Source: Naegleria gruberi
Taxonomy: Eukaryota
Direction: 5' to 3' (one strand)
Length of the DNA stretch: 64,000 bases
NCBI GenBank assembly: GCA_000004985.1
Contig: GG738881.1
Position numbers and translations under genes: made by a program
Shown: in pieces, positions 45,439-55,614 of the stretch
How the letters are laid out: each line of letters starts with the position of its first letter
How positions within the stretch are numbered: the stretch's first letter is position 1
Notes under the pieces: generated by a model
The model's database searches: none
Seen by the model: only the letters and a program-made list of their open reading frames with translations
What the model was told of the DNA's origin: nothing

Positions 45439-46392
45439 ATGGAAAAAGAACACAACACGGAAGAAACAAGCAATAAAAATTCATCTTGTTTGTCGTCATC
45501 ATTGGAAAGAGTGAAAGCATTCACAGAGCAACATCATCTCATTCCAAAAGAACCCTCACAGAATGATGATTCGGAATCACAACAATCGATAGTAGCATCA
45601 GAATCAAAAAATTTGAAATTTAAAATTGATGATGATGAATTCACTACAAAAAGTCATCGTATCATGTGCATTGATACCTTTCCCAAAATTCCATATTCTG
45701 ATGAAAATAAGAGAAATAGAAATGCACTTCATTGGGGACAACGTAAATTACTTTTATCAGAAATTGAATTTCTTACCGAATATTCACATGATGGAGATGT
45801 CGTGATTTATGCTGGAGCTGCTCCAGGTAGTCATTTAGTTTATTTAGCAGAGGTTTTATTTCCCAATCTCAAATTTATGCTTGTGGATCCAAATAAGTTT
45901 AATAAGGATTTGTATCATGTTAGAAATGTAACAATTATGGAAAGTTATTTCACAGACGAAATTGCAATGGAAATTAAAAAGATTAGGAATATTGAAAGTG
46001 GAAATAATTTACTATTTATTAGTGATATTAGAACTGCTGATCCACTAGTTATGGATCCAGAACAAAATGAAAAATGTATTACGGAAGATTTAACATTACA
46101 AAAAGGATGGTTGGAAATTTTACTCCCTCGATTCAGTATGTTAAAATTCAGACTCCCATTTACAGAAGGTAAAATTAAATACTTTAGAGGTGATATTTAT
46201 TTACCAGTTTGGGGTAGAAAATGGACAACTGAATGCAGACTTGTCATTAAGGAGGAGGATATCAAAGATTCCAATCAAATTGAATATGATAATCTTTCTT
46301 ACTCTGATCAATTATTCTATTTTAATAATATTACAAGATTTGAAAATATTTATCCACATGACATTTGCTCAGATGGGGTGGACAATTGGTAA
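45439..46392 (+). CDS. Poxvirus VP39-like cap-specific mRNA (nucleoside-2'-O-)-methyltransferase (PAP regulatory-subunit family), intronless
   Basis: Aligns with vaccinia VP39 as recalled from memory, block by block: HWGQRKLLLSEIEFL (HQGQLKLLLGELFFL), VVIYAGAAPGSHLVYL (VVYIGSAPGTHIRYL), LLFISDIRT (IILISDVRS), LKFRLPF (LKWRCPF), YFRGDIYLPVWG (FYIPHGNKMLQPF). Confidence 0.8.
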   Translation: MEKEHNTEETSNKNSSCLSSSLERVKAFTEQHHLIPKEPSQNDDSESQQSIVASESKNLKFKIDDDEFTTKSHRIMCIDTFPKIPYSDENKRNRNALHWGQRKLLLSEIEFLTEYSHDGDVVIYAGAAPGSHLVYLAEVLFPNLKFMLVDPNKFNKDLYHVRNVTIMESYFTDEIAMEIKKIRNIESGNNLLFISDIRTADPLVMDPEQNEKCITEDLTLQKGWLEILLPRFSMLKFRLPFTEGKIKYFRGDIYLPVWGRKWTTECRLVIKEEDIKDSNQIEYDNLSYSDQLFYFNNITRFENIYPHDICSDGVDNW

Positions 46393-46569
46393 GTGATCTT
46401 GTTGTTGTATAATTTTTTACTGAACTTGCAACTACGGTAAAGCTATGACTGTAGATCAGAGATTTTAATTTTACAAAACTTTATCAAGAAATTTCCAGAA
46501 AGAAAGAAAGACATCACCTGTAGTGAAGATTATGAAACCATTAATGAGAATGAAATAATTTCACAATGG

Positions 46570-46905
46570 ATGTCTGACATTTCTCATCAAATCTCCACTA
46601 AAAAGAGAACGTTGATTCACATGCCAGACACATCCATATTTAACTTTGGGCCTACAATTCACCTTCACCCTCAACAACAAAATTGCAAAGAGTGGCTTGA
46701 TATGAGAAATATGGTTTTGCAGAGGACAAAACAGTTTTCCCAAAAGGTTCATTCAAAATCATATCATGCATCTAGTTCACAATCTTTTACACCAACAGAG
46801 ATGGAATCAACTACAGTTTCTGAAAGTACACAATTGGATGATGATAATTATGAACAAACAAAGAAGAGGAGACGTAGAAAGAAGAAAAAATCACATGTAC
46901 AATAA
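46570..46905 (+). CDS. Small hypothetical protein with basic KKRRRRKKKK tail (NLS-like)
   Basis: 111-codon ORF downstream of the VP39-like gene. Coding status uncertain. Confidence 0.3.
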   Translation: MSDISHQISTKKRTLIHMPDTSIFNFGPTIHLHPQQQNCKEWLDMRNMVLQRTKQFSQKVHSKSYHASSSQSFTPTEMESTTVSESTQLDDDNYEQTKKRRRRKKKKSHVQ

Positions 46906-47374
46906 TTTGAAACCTTTACAAATTTCCAATACCATCCCTAATTGATGATTGCTGAGTATGTAAATGAAAATAGTTTCTTATCAGAATATCGTGTCTATTA
47001 CAAGAGAACAATTTAGGTTTTTCATCAAATGATTTTTGAGCTCTAAACCCAGAAATGAAACTTTGAGAAACGAACTCTATTAATGAATACTATACATCCT
47101 ATCTCATTTAATTTGAGACTTTGTCATTAACCCCAAGTAGTAATATTAATTTTATACAATGGCTGTTTGATGTTTCGTTTCTAATATTATTTCAAAAATC
47201 TAATAATAAGTTTGATCACTAGAAGCGGATCTTCAAATAACATAATTGGTAAACAGTGTTGACAAATGAAATAACGGTTAACATGGTAAATATCTGTGTG
47301 ATATTGAGTAATTTTCTTGCAAAGATCGTAAAATGGATATTTCGAGATCAAAAGTGGTATTCCTAGATTCAGTG

Positions 47375-47388
47375 ATTGGCGCCAAAAT
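47375..47388. promoter_or_regulatory. E2F-like palindrome ATTGGCGCCAAAAT, identical to the 14-mer at 8119-8132
   Basis: Exact 14-nt repeat of the motif found in the 7.9-8.1 kb promoter. Lies in the 1.36-kb intergenic block upstream of gene 48269. Confidence 0.3.
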
Positions 47389-48268
47389 CATAACTGATAT
47401 CTTTCCAACATACAAAACACTGATGCATTTGTCAACGTTAAAAATCTCTCAGAATAACTGTTGAAACATTCTGAGAAATTTCTACCCAAAATTGGTTTAC
47501 CTAATAACTGAATTAACTGAATGTTTGTTAAAAAGACACTGCTCAAAGTTGATGTTAAAATCTCTATGAATGTCTATTGATTATGTGAAATTCACAATAG
47601 TCAATTGATTTTGCAAAAGAGGTGATTGTATTTTTCAAAACTGAGTATTACAACGTGTAGTGCACCAAAGATTCCCTCTGAAAGCAGCAATACTTCTGAC
47701 AATCTCCCTCAAAATTATCCACTTTGATTGCATATTCAAATTCCATTGAATGGACAACCTGAGTAGTATGTAATTCCACTTCTTTTGGTTTGAGTTACAA
47801 ATGCTTACTAATATTCTGAAAATAGTGTTAAACTGCTGCAAGGTCAATACGTTGATTGCCAGTGAGAGTATATGGAAAGAGGCTATCTCAATAAATACAA
47901 CTCTTGATGAGCATTGATAAGGTTCTGTAAATCTAAATAATTCAAAGTATCTCTTGGAATCTTGTGTGAAGAGTCTGATTGCAATATGTGTTGAAAGATG
48001 CAATTAGAAATTGCTTGAAGTAATTAGTTGTTTATGATCCTCATATTTAACCATGAAACATACGAAACTGAGAGAAACTCAACTATTTTCATGCAAACAC
48101 ATATTTTGGAAAGTTATAACAATAATACTTGGATGCTTTTATCAATTTATGTTGTAATCTATCCATTGTCTCAGAATACATCAAGTTGAATTTGATAGAA
48201 TTTACGATTTCAACTCCAAGGAGTATACTGCTACAACAACAATAACCATTCAACCATCATCATAAACA

Positions 48269-49219
48269 ATGGGCCAACAAAACAAGCGTTCCAGTCTCAC
48301 ATTGGCTGTCGATACTTTTGATGCTATCATGCCAATCGATACCTCAACAAGACATGTAAATAGAAAATCAAACTCTACTCCAACACCTGTAAATACCATG
48401 GTAGAGAGAAGAAGATCCAAATCAAGTGTGCCTGCTCTTGAAGAACTCAAGAATCTCAAAGAAGAATCAGTCAAAGGCTATATGAAAGGAAGAAGACCAA
48501 GAAAAGAACCAGTTATGACACAACTCCAAGAAGGAGAAGCTGACCAAACCAATGATGATTCACCACAAAGTCCAAAGAAGAATAAGATTGTCTTTACCAA
48601 GATTTTCAAAAAGTCAACTAAATCCTCTTCACCAACAACAAAATCATCACCAGTTGAAGAAACAATAGTCGTTCCAACAGTATTTGTTCCACCAACAACA
48701 ACAGCCTCTGGAAAGAGAGTTAAAATTACTGGTGCCTATGTACATACTCAAAACAATAGAACACTCGCTCAATCATCACCAACAAGCTCACAAATCCAAA
48801 CAACAGATCGTCTCAGAAGTAAATCTTCACCTGTAATGTATTCAAATGAGACAAGTATGGTTGTTGGTGGATATATTCATAAGAGAGCTCAAACTGATCC
48901 AATCCCAGATATGCTTCTCACCTTGACTCCTCCAGCTGAAGAACCAACACTTACAAAGAACAAATATTCCAGTCCATTCTTACCATCAATTGAATTGCCT
49001 GCCTCATCTTCTTCCAAATCATTGGATGAAGAACCATTTTTCATTGTTATTGATGAACACACAACCTATATGGAGATGCCTCTTACAAAGAAGAACGGTA
49101 TCATTATTAAGAAGAAGAAGGAAAAGCTTAAGGAAATGGTACAAGTATACTATTTACAAAAAGACGAATTGGTCAATAGAACCAGAAGAGAAATGGCCAA
49201 GAGCAAGAGAAGAAGATAA
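48269..49219 (+). CDS. Hypothetical Ser/Thr/Pro-rich protein with N-myristoylation-type start (MGQQNKRS)
   Basis: 316-aa ORF. Met-Gly-x-x-x-Ser N-terminus, basic C-terminus. Confidence 0.55.
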   Translation: MGQQNKRSSLTLAVDTFDAIMPIDTSTRHVNRKSNSTPTPVNTMVERRRSKSSVPALEELKNLKEESVKGYMKGRRPRKEPVMTQLQEGEADQTNDDSPQSPKKNKIVFTKIFKKSTKSSSPTTKSSPVEETIVVPTVFVPPTTTASGKRVKITGAYVHTQNNRTLAQSSPTSSQIQTTDRLRSKSSPVMYSNETSMVVGGYIHKRAQTDPIPDMLLTLTPPAEEPTLTKNKYSSPFLPSIELPASSSSKSLDEEPFFIVIDEHTTYMEMPLTKKNGIIIKKKKEKLKEMVQVYYLQKDELVNRTRREMAKSKRRR

Positions 49220-49434
49220 ACAATTCTCATCACCATAAGATTCACCAATTGAATCTCAAACTATAGTATACTTCGAGTCCTTCCCTAACCTTCCTAACTG
49301 TTAATAATCCGAGTCCCAATTTTGTATAGTCTTTCTGCGAGCAATAAACCCTTCTATAATTTATTGTAAATTCAATAATTCATTCTCTTGTCTTAATGAA
49401 GTGAATTTCCTAATGTTTTCTTCTTTCAAAAAAA

Positions 49435-51177
49435 ATGACAAGCAAACACCTGGCTAAATTCTTTGCCAATAAATATCAAGTTAGTGATCAACAAGAAAAA
49501 TCAACAAGAACTAGAAATCATCTCGGACCTGAATCAGGGTTGATATTTCAACCAGAGTTTAATGATGTAATCTATGAAATTTATCCATCATCTTTTAATT
49601 GGTTCGGATCAAAGAGACCAAATGTTTATCTATCAAAGAAGAGACAACTTGTTGAATTTAATGATGTCTTTTTATTCAATTTTATTGTTAAGAGTTTGAG
49701 GAAATATGAATTTGCTAATCATACTAATCAGTCATCTGAGGATTTACAATTTATTGAAGGAGTTAAATTATTAATTGATTCTAATCCAGTTAAACCATCA
49801 CAGAAAATTATCAAACTAATAGAATTAATATTTTATCAATGTAATAGTCAAATAGCTTTATTGAAGAGTACACTTCCGAGAATTACTGATGCCGAGTTGA
49901 AATGGCAAATATTTACAGCCAAATCAAGCTTGATTGTCACATCATGTTTGACAATTATTAATATTATTGCAAAATGGAGAATGGGTACAATCAATTCAGA
50001 AGATGAAATCAAAATTCAAGAGTTTAGATTCCTTGCTGAAAATACCATTAGAGAAATTAATACTATTTCCAATTCAGAAACTGTATCACAATCATTTAAA
50101 TTAGTTCAAAATAAGAAACAACCAGCTGTCATTCAAAAAATTGTTAGATTTTTAAAGATTATCATGATAGAAAGAGCTCATCAATATTCATCATTCAATC
50201 AAGCCCTTTTCTTCATTTCAATTTTTGGTAGTAGAATATTCCCAGCATTGTTTAAAAAGCTCTCTGAGAAATTTATTGAAAAACCAGCAACCAATATCAA
50301 TTCAACAGGTAAGAAAAAGCCATTGAAGAAAACTCCAATCACTATGAAAGATGCTCAATTTATTGGATTTGTTGTAGGAACAATGTTTGGAGCTGGAGGA
50401 TGTGCCTCTGTTGTTACCACCTGTTTAGATTACTTGAGAGACAAATCTTTGGGAAGAAGATTAGAAGATACACCACTCAGCTCAATATTTGTTTCTAAAA
50501 GTATTTGGATGACATTTGGTGCATTGATTGGTATTGCAATCAATATTGCAGCTAGACAGTCTATTCACATGGCTGTTGGTAAAATTATTCAATCATATTT
50601 GAATAATCCTCAATTTATTAGAAAGATTGCTGGTAAGCAAAATGAATTGATGGCTAAAATAATGGCAAGAACCTTCTCTAACATGCTCTCTAAGGAGACT
50701 TCCAAAATGTTGTTACCATCCTTTGATAAGAAACCAATTACAACACAAAAGAAGGATTCAGACAAATCGTCAGGATTTGCAACCATGACCAACGACCCTT
50801 TCATCAAATCTCTTTTAAAGGATCAATTATCATTTGTCAATAAGAAGAACAAAATTGCTGGATATTTAGTTGATAATATTCTATTGGGAGAAAGCAATAT
50901 TTTAGAAAAACCTCAACAAGTTTTCAGAAAATTTTCCAATTTGAAATCCAAATATTACAATGCTCTGAATAGAATTATTCCAGCAGAAAATAGCGTATGG
51001 CACTATTGGAGTACAATGACTGCTCTCTTCCTCTCGAATAGATTCTCCAAACAAGTGGCTGACCAATCTTTTGAACAACAAGAGTCTCAACTCTATGAGC
51101 TTAATGCTGAGTTAAGGGAAATTCTCAGTGCTTTCACGCAAAGATTTTCAAACATGGAGAGAACATCAAAGTTGTAA
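49435..51177 (+). CDS. Hypothetical protein (580 aa) ending in -SKL
   Basis: Long clean ORF. Two hydrophobic segments (FIGFVVGTMFGAGGCASVVTTCL; IWMTFGALIGIAINIAA). C-terminal ERTSKL resembles a PTS1. Confidence 0.6.
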   Translation: MTSKHLAKFFANKYQVSDQQEKSTRTRNHLGPESGLIFQPEFNDVIYEIYPSSFNWFGSKRPNVYLSKKRQLVEFNDVFLFNFIVKSLRKYEFANHTNQSSEDLQFIEGVKLLIDSNPVKPSQKIIKLIELIFYQCNSQIALLKSTLPRITDAELKWQIFTAKSSLIVTSCLTIINIIAKWRMGTINSEDEIKIQEFRFLAENTIREINTISNSETVSQSFKLVQNKKQPAVIQKIVRFLKIIMIERAHQYSSFNQALFFISIFGSRIFPALFKKLSEKFIEKPATNINSTGKKKPLKKTPITMKDAQFIGFVVGTMFGAGGCASVVTTCLDYLRDKSLGRRLEDTPLSSIFVSKSIWMTFGALIGIAINIAARQSIHMAVGKIIQSYLNNPQFIRKIAGKQNELMAKIMARTFSNMLSKETSKMLLPSFDKKPITTQKKDSDKSSGFATMTNDPFIKSLLKDQLSFVNKKNKIAGYLVDNILLGESNILEKPQQVFRKFSNLKSKYYNALNRIIPAENSVWHYWSTMTALFLSNRFSKQVADQSFEQQESQLYELNAELREILSAFTQRFSNMERTSKL

Positions 51178-52046
51178 ATGCAACTCTACAGTTCGATTAT
51201 ATGAATACGGAGAAGGATGGAATCCATGATGATACAAATCAAGAAATAATCCCTGCTGAAAAGTACCTCAAGTGTGGGAATACTATGGACTACATTCTCG
51301 AAAGTCCTTACCCCTAAAAAAGAAAAGACGAAACGACATGAATAAAGGACTTGACATAAAAGATTTAGTACAAAACAGTAAGACATTGTTACAAGAATGG
51401 CAAGGTAAATACCGTTCCAAAACTAATCACAGAATCGTATTTGGTAATATGGAAAAACAAAGTGCGTTGTAAATGCAACTCCATTCATAGTGTCAGCATC
51501 AATAACATGTTTTGAAAGTTTTGTAGTTAGAGTTTTTAATCCATCAATACACATATTCCGAGCAATTGCTAAGATGAATAAGAGAATAGAGTTCAAGATG
51601 ATTTTTAAATAATATGTATACTGTTAAATTCATATTTCAATCTGCAGTGTATTATGATTGGTGAATTTCAAATTGTATCCTCTAAGGTTGTTGTGGACGA
51701 ATAGTTTTGGATCCAGAAATGGCACAGAGAATTCGAATAAATCAAAAACAATATAAGTTATTCAATTATAACACAAATCATTCAAATGTTGCACAGAGTC
51801 CTTAAATGCCGAAAAGTGTGGTCTCTCAGGTCGTTATTGATACAAGAGACATTAATAAACTTACACCTTTTATTTCACTATTCTACCAAATCCCGTTCCA
51901 AGTTTTAATACTAGTTGACCCTGTAGTAGAAACTCTTGCAAGGCCACATTTTAGGTAATTCAAATGCCAAGCACCTAAACTCAATATGTCTCCTATCAAC
52001 CGTTTGTGATGAACTTCTTGCCAATAGATAGCAAATAGATAAAAAA

Positions 52047-53734
52047 ATGGTCTTTCAACTATTTGCAACTACTGCAGATAATTTCAATGCAACCAACAAC
52101 CAAACAAGCGCAATATGTGATGCCTCTTTTTTCAATTCAACATGGTCAAGAGAATTTCCTGGACGAGTTGACTATTCACTATGTCCAGATACTTGGGTTG
52201 GTAAGTGATTTCTACAATGATTTATGAACCGATGGTGCATGCGTAAATGGACAATGTTTAGCATTTGGTATGTTTTAATAGTGCTGACATATTTGAATTT
52301 ACATTAATAGCTCTGTGTTTGACATTTCTTCTCATTTACTTGTCAACAATCTTCTCAAGTGGTTTGGGAGTAATTTGGAAGAGAAATAGTGGTCACATTC
52401 AAGCAAGAAGTCCAATCTACTTGTTTTTCACTCTATTTTCTGCCTTTATATTCATCTTTGGAATGACCATGAGATTTATTGTGGGGAGAAAGATATTTCC
52501 ATGTGGATTGGTTACAATTTTCTTCTTTACATTTCCTCAAGCTGTGACATTGCCAACGATTTTTAGATTGATGAGAACTTTTCTCATGCACAAGATTAAT
52601 TTACAAAAAACCAAATTATTTGATGTTGATGTAAATAAGGGACAAGTCAGAGTTGATCAATCTCAATCAGCTCTATCTGAAACTATGAGTAAAACAGAGT
52701 TAAAGTTGGTTGACTCAGATATTAGCAGTGAAATGTCATTGACAAATGTGGAATTGAATGAAGGAAATGAAGATGGAGACGTTTCAAACTCTAAAATCGA
52801 ATTTAAAAACTTGTCAGATGTAAAGAAGGAAATGAGAAAATTGAATATTTACAACTTTTTAATTAGTTACAAATTCATCACTGTTGTGTACATTCTTGCA
52901 TTTGTATTTGGAATTTTACTTTGGGTACTGATTGGAGTGGTGGAAGAGGTTGTTTATCAAAAAGATCCAACTAAGGGGAGAATATTCCTATTAGAAGGAG
53001 GTATTCTATTGTTTGAGCATGGCTGTGGATTGTCAACCAATACTACTATCATTATTGGAGTTGAATCAATTGCCTATATTATTTTAGAGCTGGTCTTTTT
53101 CATCTTGTGTCTGATGGCTGATAGAGATTCATGGGGAATTAAGAAGGAGAGTCTTGCTCTAATATTCTTTCAAATTGTTGCTGCAGTTCTCTTCATTGTA
53201 TGTGGATCCATTAATGTGATTAAGAATCTTGTGGATTACTATGTACCTTATGGATTTCTCATTTGGGGATACATGCTTTTAGAGGTGATTGTTTGTGTTT
53301 CATTACCTGTTCTATACTCTATAGGAAAAGAGAAGAAACATCAAGAATCGGGTGATACTGGGTTTGAAAGATTATTGAAAAACAAAAAGACATTTGATAT
53401 TGTTCTTGATTTTGCTAGAAGAAGCTACTGTACTGAAAGTGTTCTATGTTGGAGAGATATTGAACGATACAAAAAGAGTGGAAAGGGAAATAGAAAGAAG
53501 ATTGCTCTCCATATAGTCGAGGCCTATTTATCACTGGAAGCTCCTTTAGAATTGAACATGCCAAAAATTCAAGAAAGAAAACAAGAATTATCTGCGATTA
53601 TTGAGAATGGAAGTTTAGAGTTGGACCTTTTTAATGGAATTCAAGAACATTGCCTGCATGATATGATAGATTTAATGGATAGATTATCAAGTGCCAATAA
53701 GGAAATTTCTGAAATATTGAGGAATAGCAAATAG
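52047..53734 (+). CDS. Seven-transmembrane protein with C-terminal RGS domain (7TM-RGS). Exon 1 52047..52196, exon 2 52262..53734
   Basis: Cys-containing N-glycosylated ectodomain exon, about 7 TM helices, and a C-terminal RGS fold (FDIVLDFARRSYCTESVLCWRDIERYK...IVEAYLSLEAPLELN). The exon 1 join needs a GTTGGT donor, so it is uncertain. Confidence 0.65.
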
Positions 53735-53954
53735 TCATGGTAAAATCAAGTGCATTACTTATTATGACTTTTAATATTATGTTGCAAGAAGAGCTTCAAC
53801 ACCTTTCATTATGAACATTTGGAATGTAATAAACCACAGCTTACTAGCAAATTAAAAAGATTAGATTTACAATATTATTATATTGGAAAGTGAGATTAAT
53901 TGTTTTGGCGTCGTTCGTCGTTGTCTTTATCACTTATGATGAAATCCAATGTAA

Positions 53955-54025
53955 GGCGGCTTAGCACAGTGGTAGTGCATCAGTCTTGTAAACTGAGGGT
54001 CGAGGGTTCAATTCCCTCAGTCGCC
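53955..54025 (+). tRNA. tRNA-Thr (anticodon UGT/TGT)
   Basis: Cloverleaf folds by hand: acceptor GGCGGCT/AGTCGCC, D-arm GCAC-AGTGGTA-GTGC, anticodon arm TCAGT-CTTGTAA-ACTGA, T-arm GAGGG-TTCAATT-CCCTC. Followed by a TTTT Pol III terminator. Confidence 0.85.
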
Positions 54026-54229
54026 TTTTGTTGAATTGTTTTTTTCTATTTTCCATAAAAGAACGAATAATTGGAATAATCTTTAACAGTTAATGAAACA
54101 AACCTTGAGTGATATTTAAATAATTTTAAAATATTAGCTTATTGTAATTATTTTAATATTAAAATAAAGTAATTTTTAATAATTTAATATTTTTTTTATT
54201 ACAAGCAAGGTCTTGATGATGTGATGGAA

Positions 54230-55159
54230 TTACATACCAATGTATTCTTCTTCTTCATCGCCATCAACTTCCTTGTTTTGTTCTCTCAAATTTTCCAAGA
54301 GGACAGTCAAAGAATGGTCATCCTTTTCGTTAACAACTCTTGGAGGAGCTTTAACTGTAACTTCACCGTCATACTTCTTGATAATTTCGGTAATCTTATC
54401 AATAGAAGCTTGTAATGTATCCAAACCCTTTTGTTTATCACTTGTTGTTGTTGCCATAACATAGAGAGGAGGAGCAACAAGGGTAATCTTGATGTCGATT
54501 TCTTCTTCGGTACCAATCTTTTCACCTTCAGATAAAGCTTCTTTCACAGCTTCAATTCCTTCATATGAATAACAAGTTACTTGAATATCGGCTCTCAATT
54601 TAACTGGTTGAGGCTTCAAACGATTTTGTATGATTGAAAGTAATTGTTCTTTGGTATTATTATCAGGGAATTCAATATCTTGGAAAACTTGGTCTGGATT
54701 TGTTAAAGTCATCTTGAAAGCATCAAAAGCATGTCCAAACTTTCTATATAATGGCCATGAAATTAATTTGTTCAATTCTTCCAAGTCTTGGTCAGTTGTT
54801 TCAGCCAAGTGTCTCATGATAGAACTAACAGCCTTGCTCTTGTTATATTTCTCTTCACATTTTGGAATATCTTCAGCAGCAACTTTACTCTTACTCAAGT
54901 CAATATATCCCTTTTCAGGATCAACACGCAAAACAACACAAACTTCATTTCTTCCTAAACGGATTAATTGAGAAATAGAACGAATTCTTTTTCTACTCAA
55001 TTCACTGCTCAAGATAAGACCTTCAATGTTGTTATATTCCAATAAAGAAACATAGGCACCGATATCGGTGATATGCTTGACTTTGACCATCACAAGGTCG
55101 TCGACTTCTGGATGTTGTTGTTCGTAATATCTGCAGCTTTGTTTCTTGGCTTCGCTCAT
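54230..55159 (-). CDS. Translation initiation factor eIF2 alpha subunit
   Basis: Colinear with eIF2-alpha. S1 domain (YPEVDDLVMVKV...GAYVSLLEYNNIEGLILSSELSRKRIRSI, including the Ser51 context) and a C-terminal acidic tail. Single exon. Confidence 0.9.
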   Translation of the reverse strand: MSEAKKQSCRYYEQQHPEVDDLVMVKVKHITDIGAYVSLLEYNNIEGLILSSELSRKRIRSISQLIRLGRNEVCVVLRVDPEKGYIDLSKSKVAAEDIPKCEEKYNKSKAVSSIMRHLAETTDQDLEELNKLISWPLYRKFGHAFDAFKMTLTNPDQVFQDIEFPDNNTKEQLLSIIQNRLKPQPVKLRADIQVTCYSYEGIEAVKEALSEGEKIGTEEEIDIKITLVAPPLYVMATTTSDKQKGLDTLQASIDKITEIIKKYDGEVTVKAPPRVVNEKDDHSLTVLLENLREQNKEVDGDEEEEYIGM

Positions 55160-55614
55160 TTTTTTAATTTTCAATTTTAAAAAAATTTAATTTTAGCTCT
55201 TTTTTAAATGTAAATTAGTACTGCAAGGAGATGAGCCAAAGCTGATAATTGGACCAATTATCATCAGATGGAAGAAGAATATTCTAGCAGGATTATGAAG
55301 GCTTTTTACAATTAGAAATCCTATGAAATTTTATTGGTTGATTTTATAAAAATAAAAAGCATTTCGGAATGTACTTTCATCTTGTTAATGAAAATGATTT
55401 AAAATTCAAAAAGATTTTAACGAGATGAATTTGAAATCAAATAGGAATATGAAGAAGAAACTGATTTATCAAGATTTGGAATATGAATTGAACTTGTTTT
55501 GATTGAGTGGAGCAAGTGAAAAGCCTCCATTACGATCAATCAAAAAAAAATAAGCTCAAATCCCTAGGAGAATTCACCCTCTTGTTTTGAATTAGAATTA
55601 ACATCATCAATAAT

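Noticed and set aside
46389-46454. gtaagt...ctgtag intron-like signal at the 3' end of the VP39-like ORF, suggesting continuation into the 46570 ORF
   Set aside because: Splicing 46388 to 46455 creates an immediate TGA, so it does not extend the protein. At most it is a 3'-UTR intron.
47635-48003. 122-aa minus ORF in the 46.9-48.3 kb intergenic block
   Set aside because: No start context, odd composition and no similarity recognisable by eye. Kept only as part of the 'complex non-coding block' observation.
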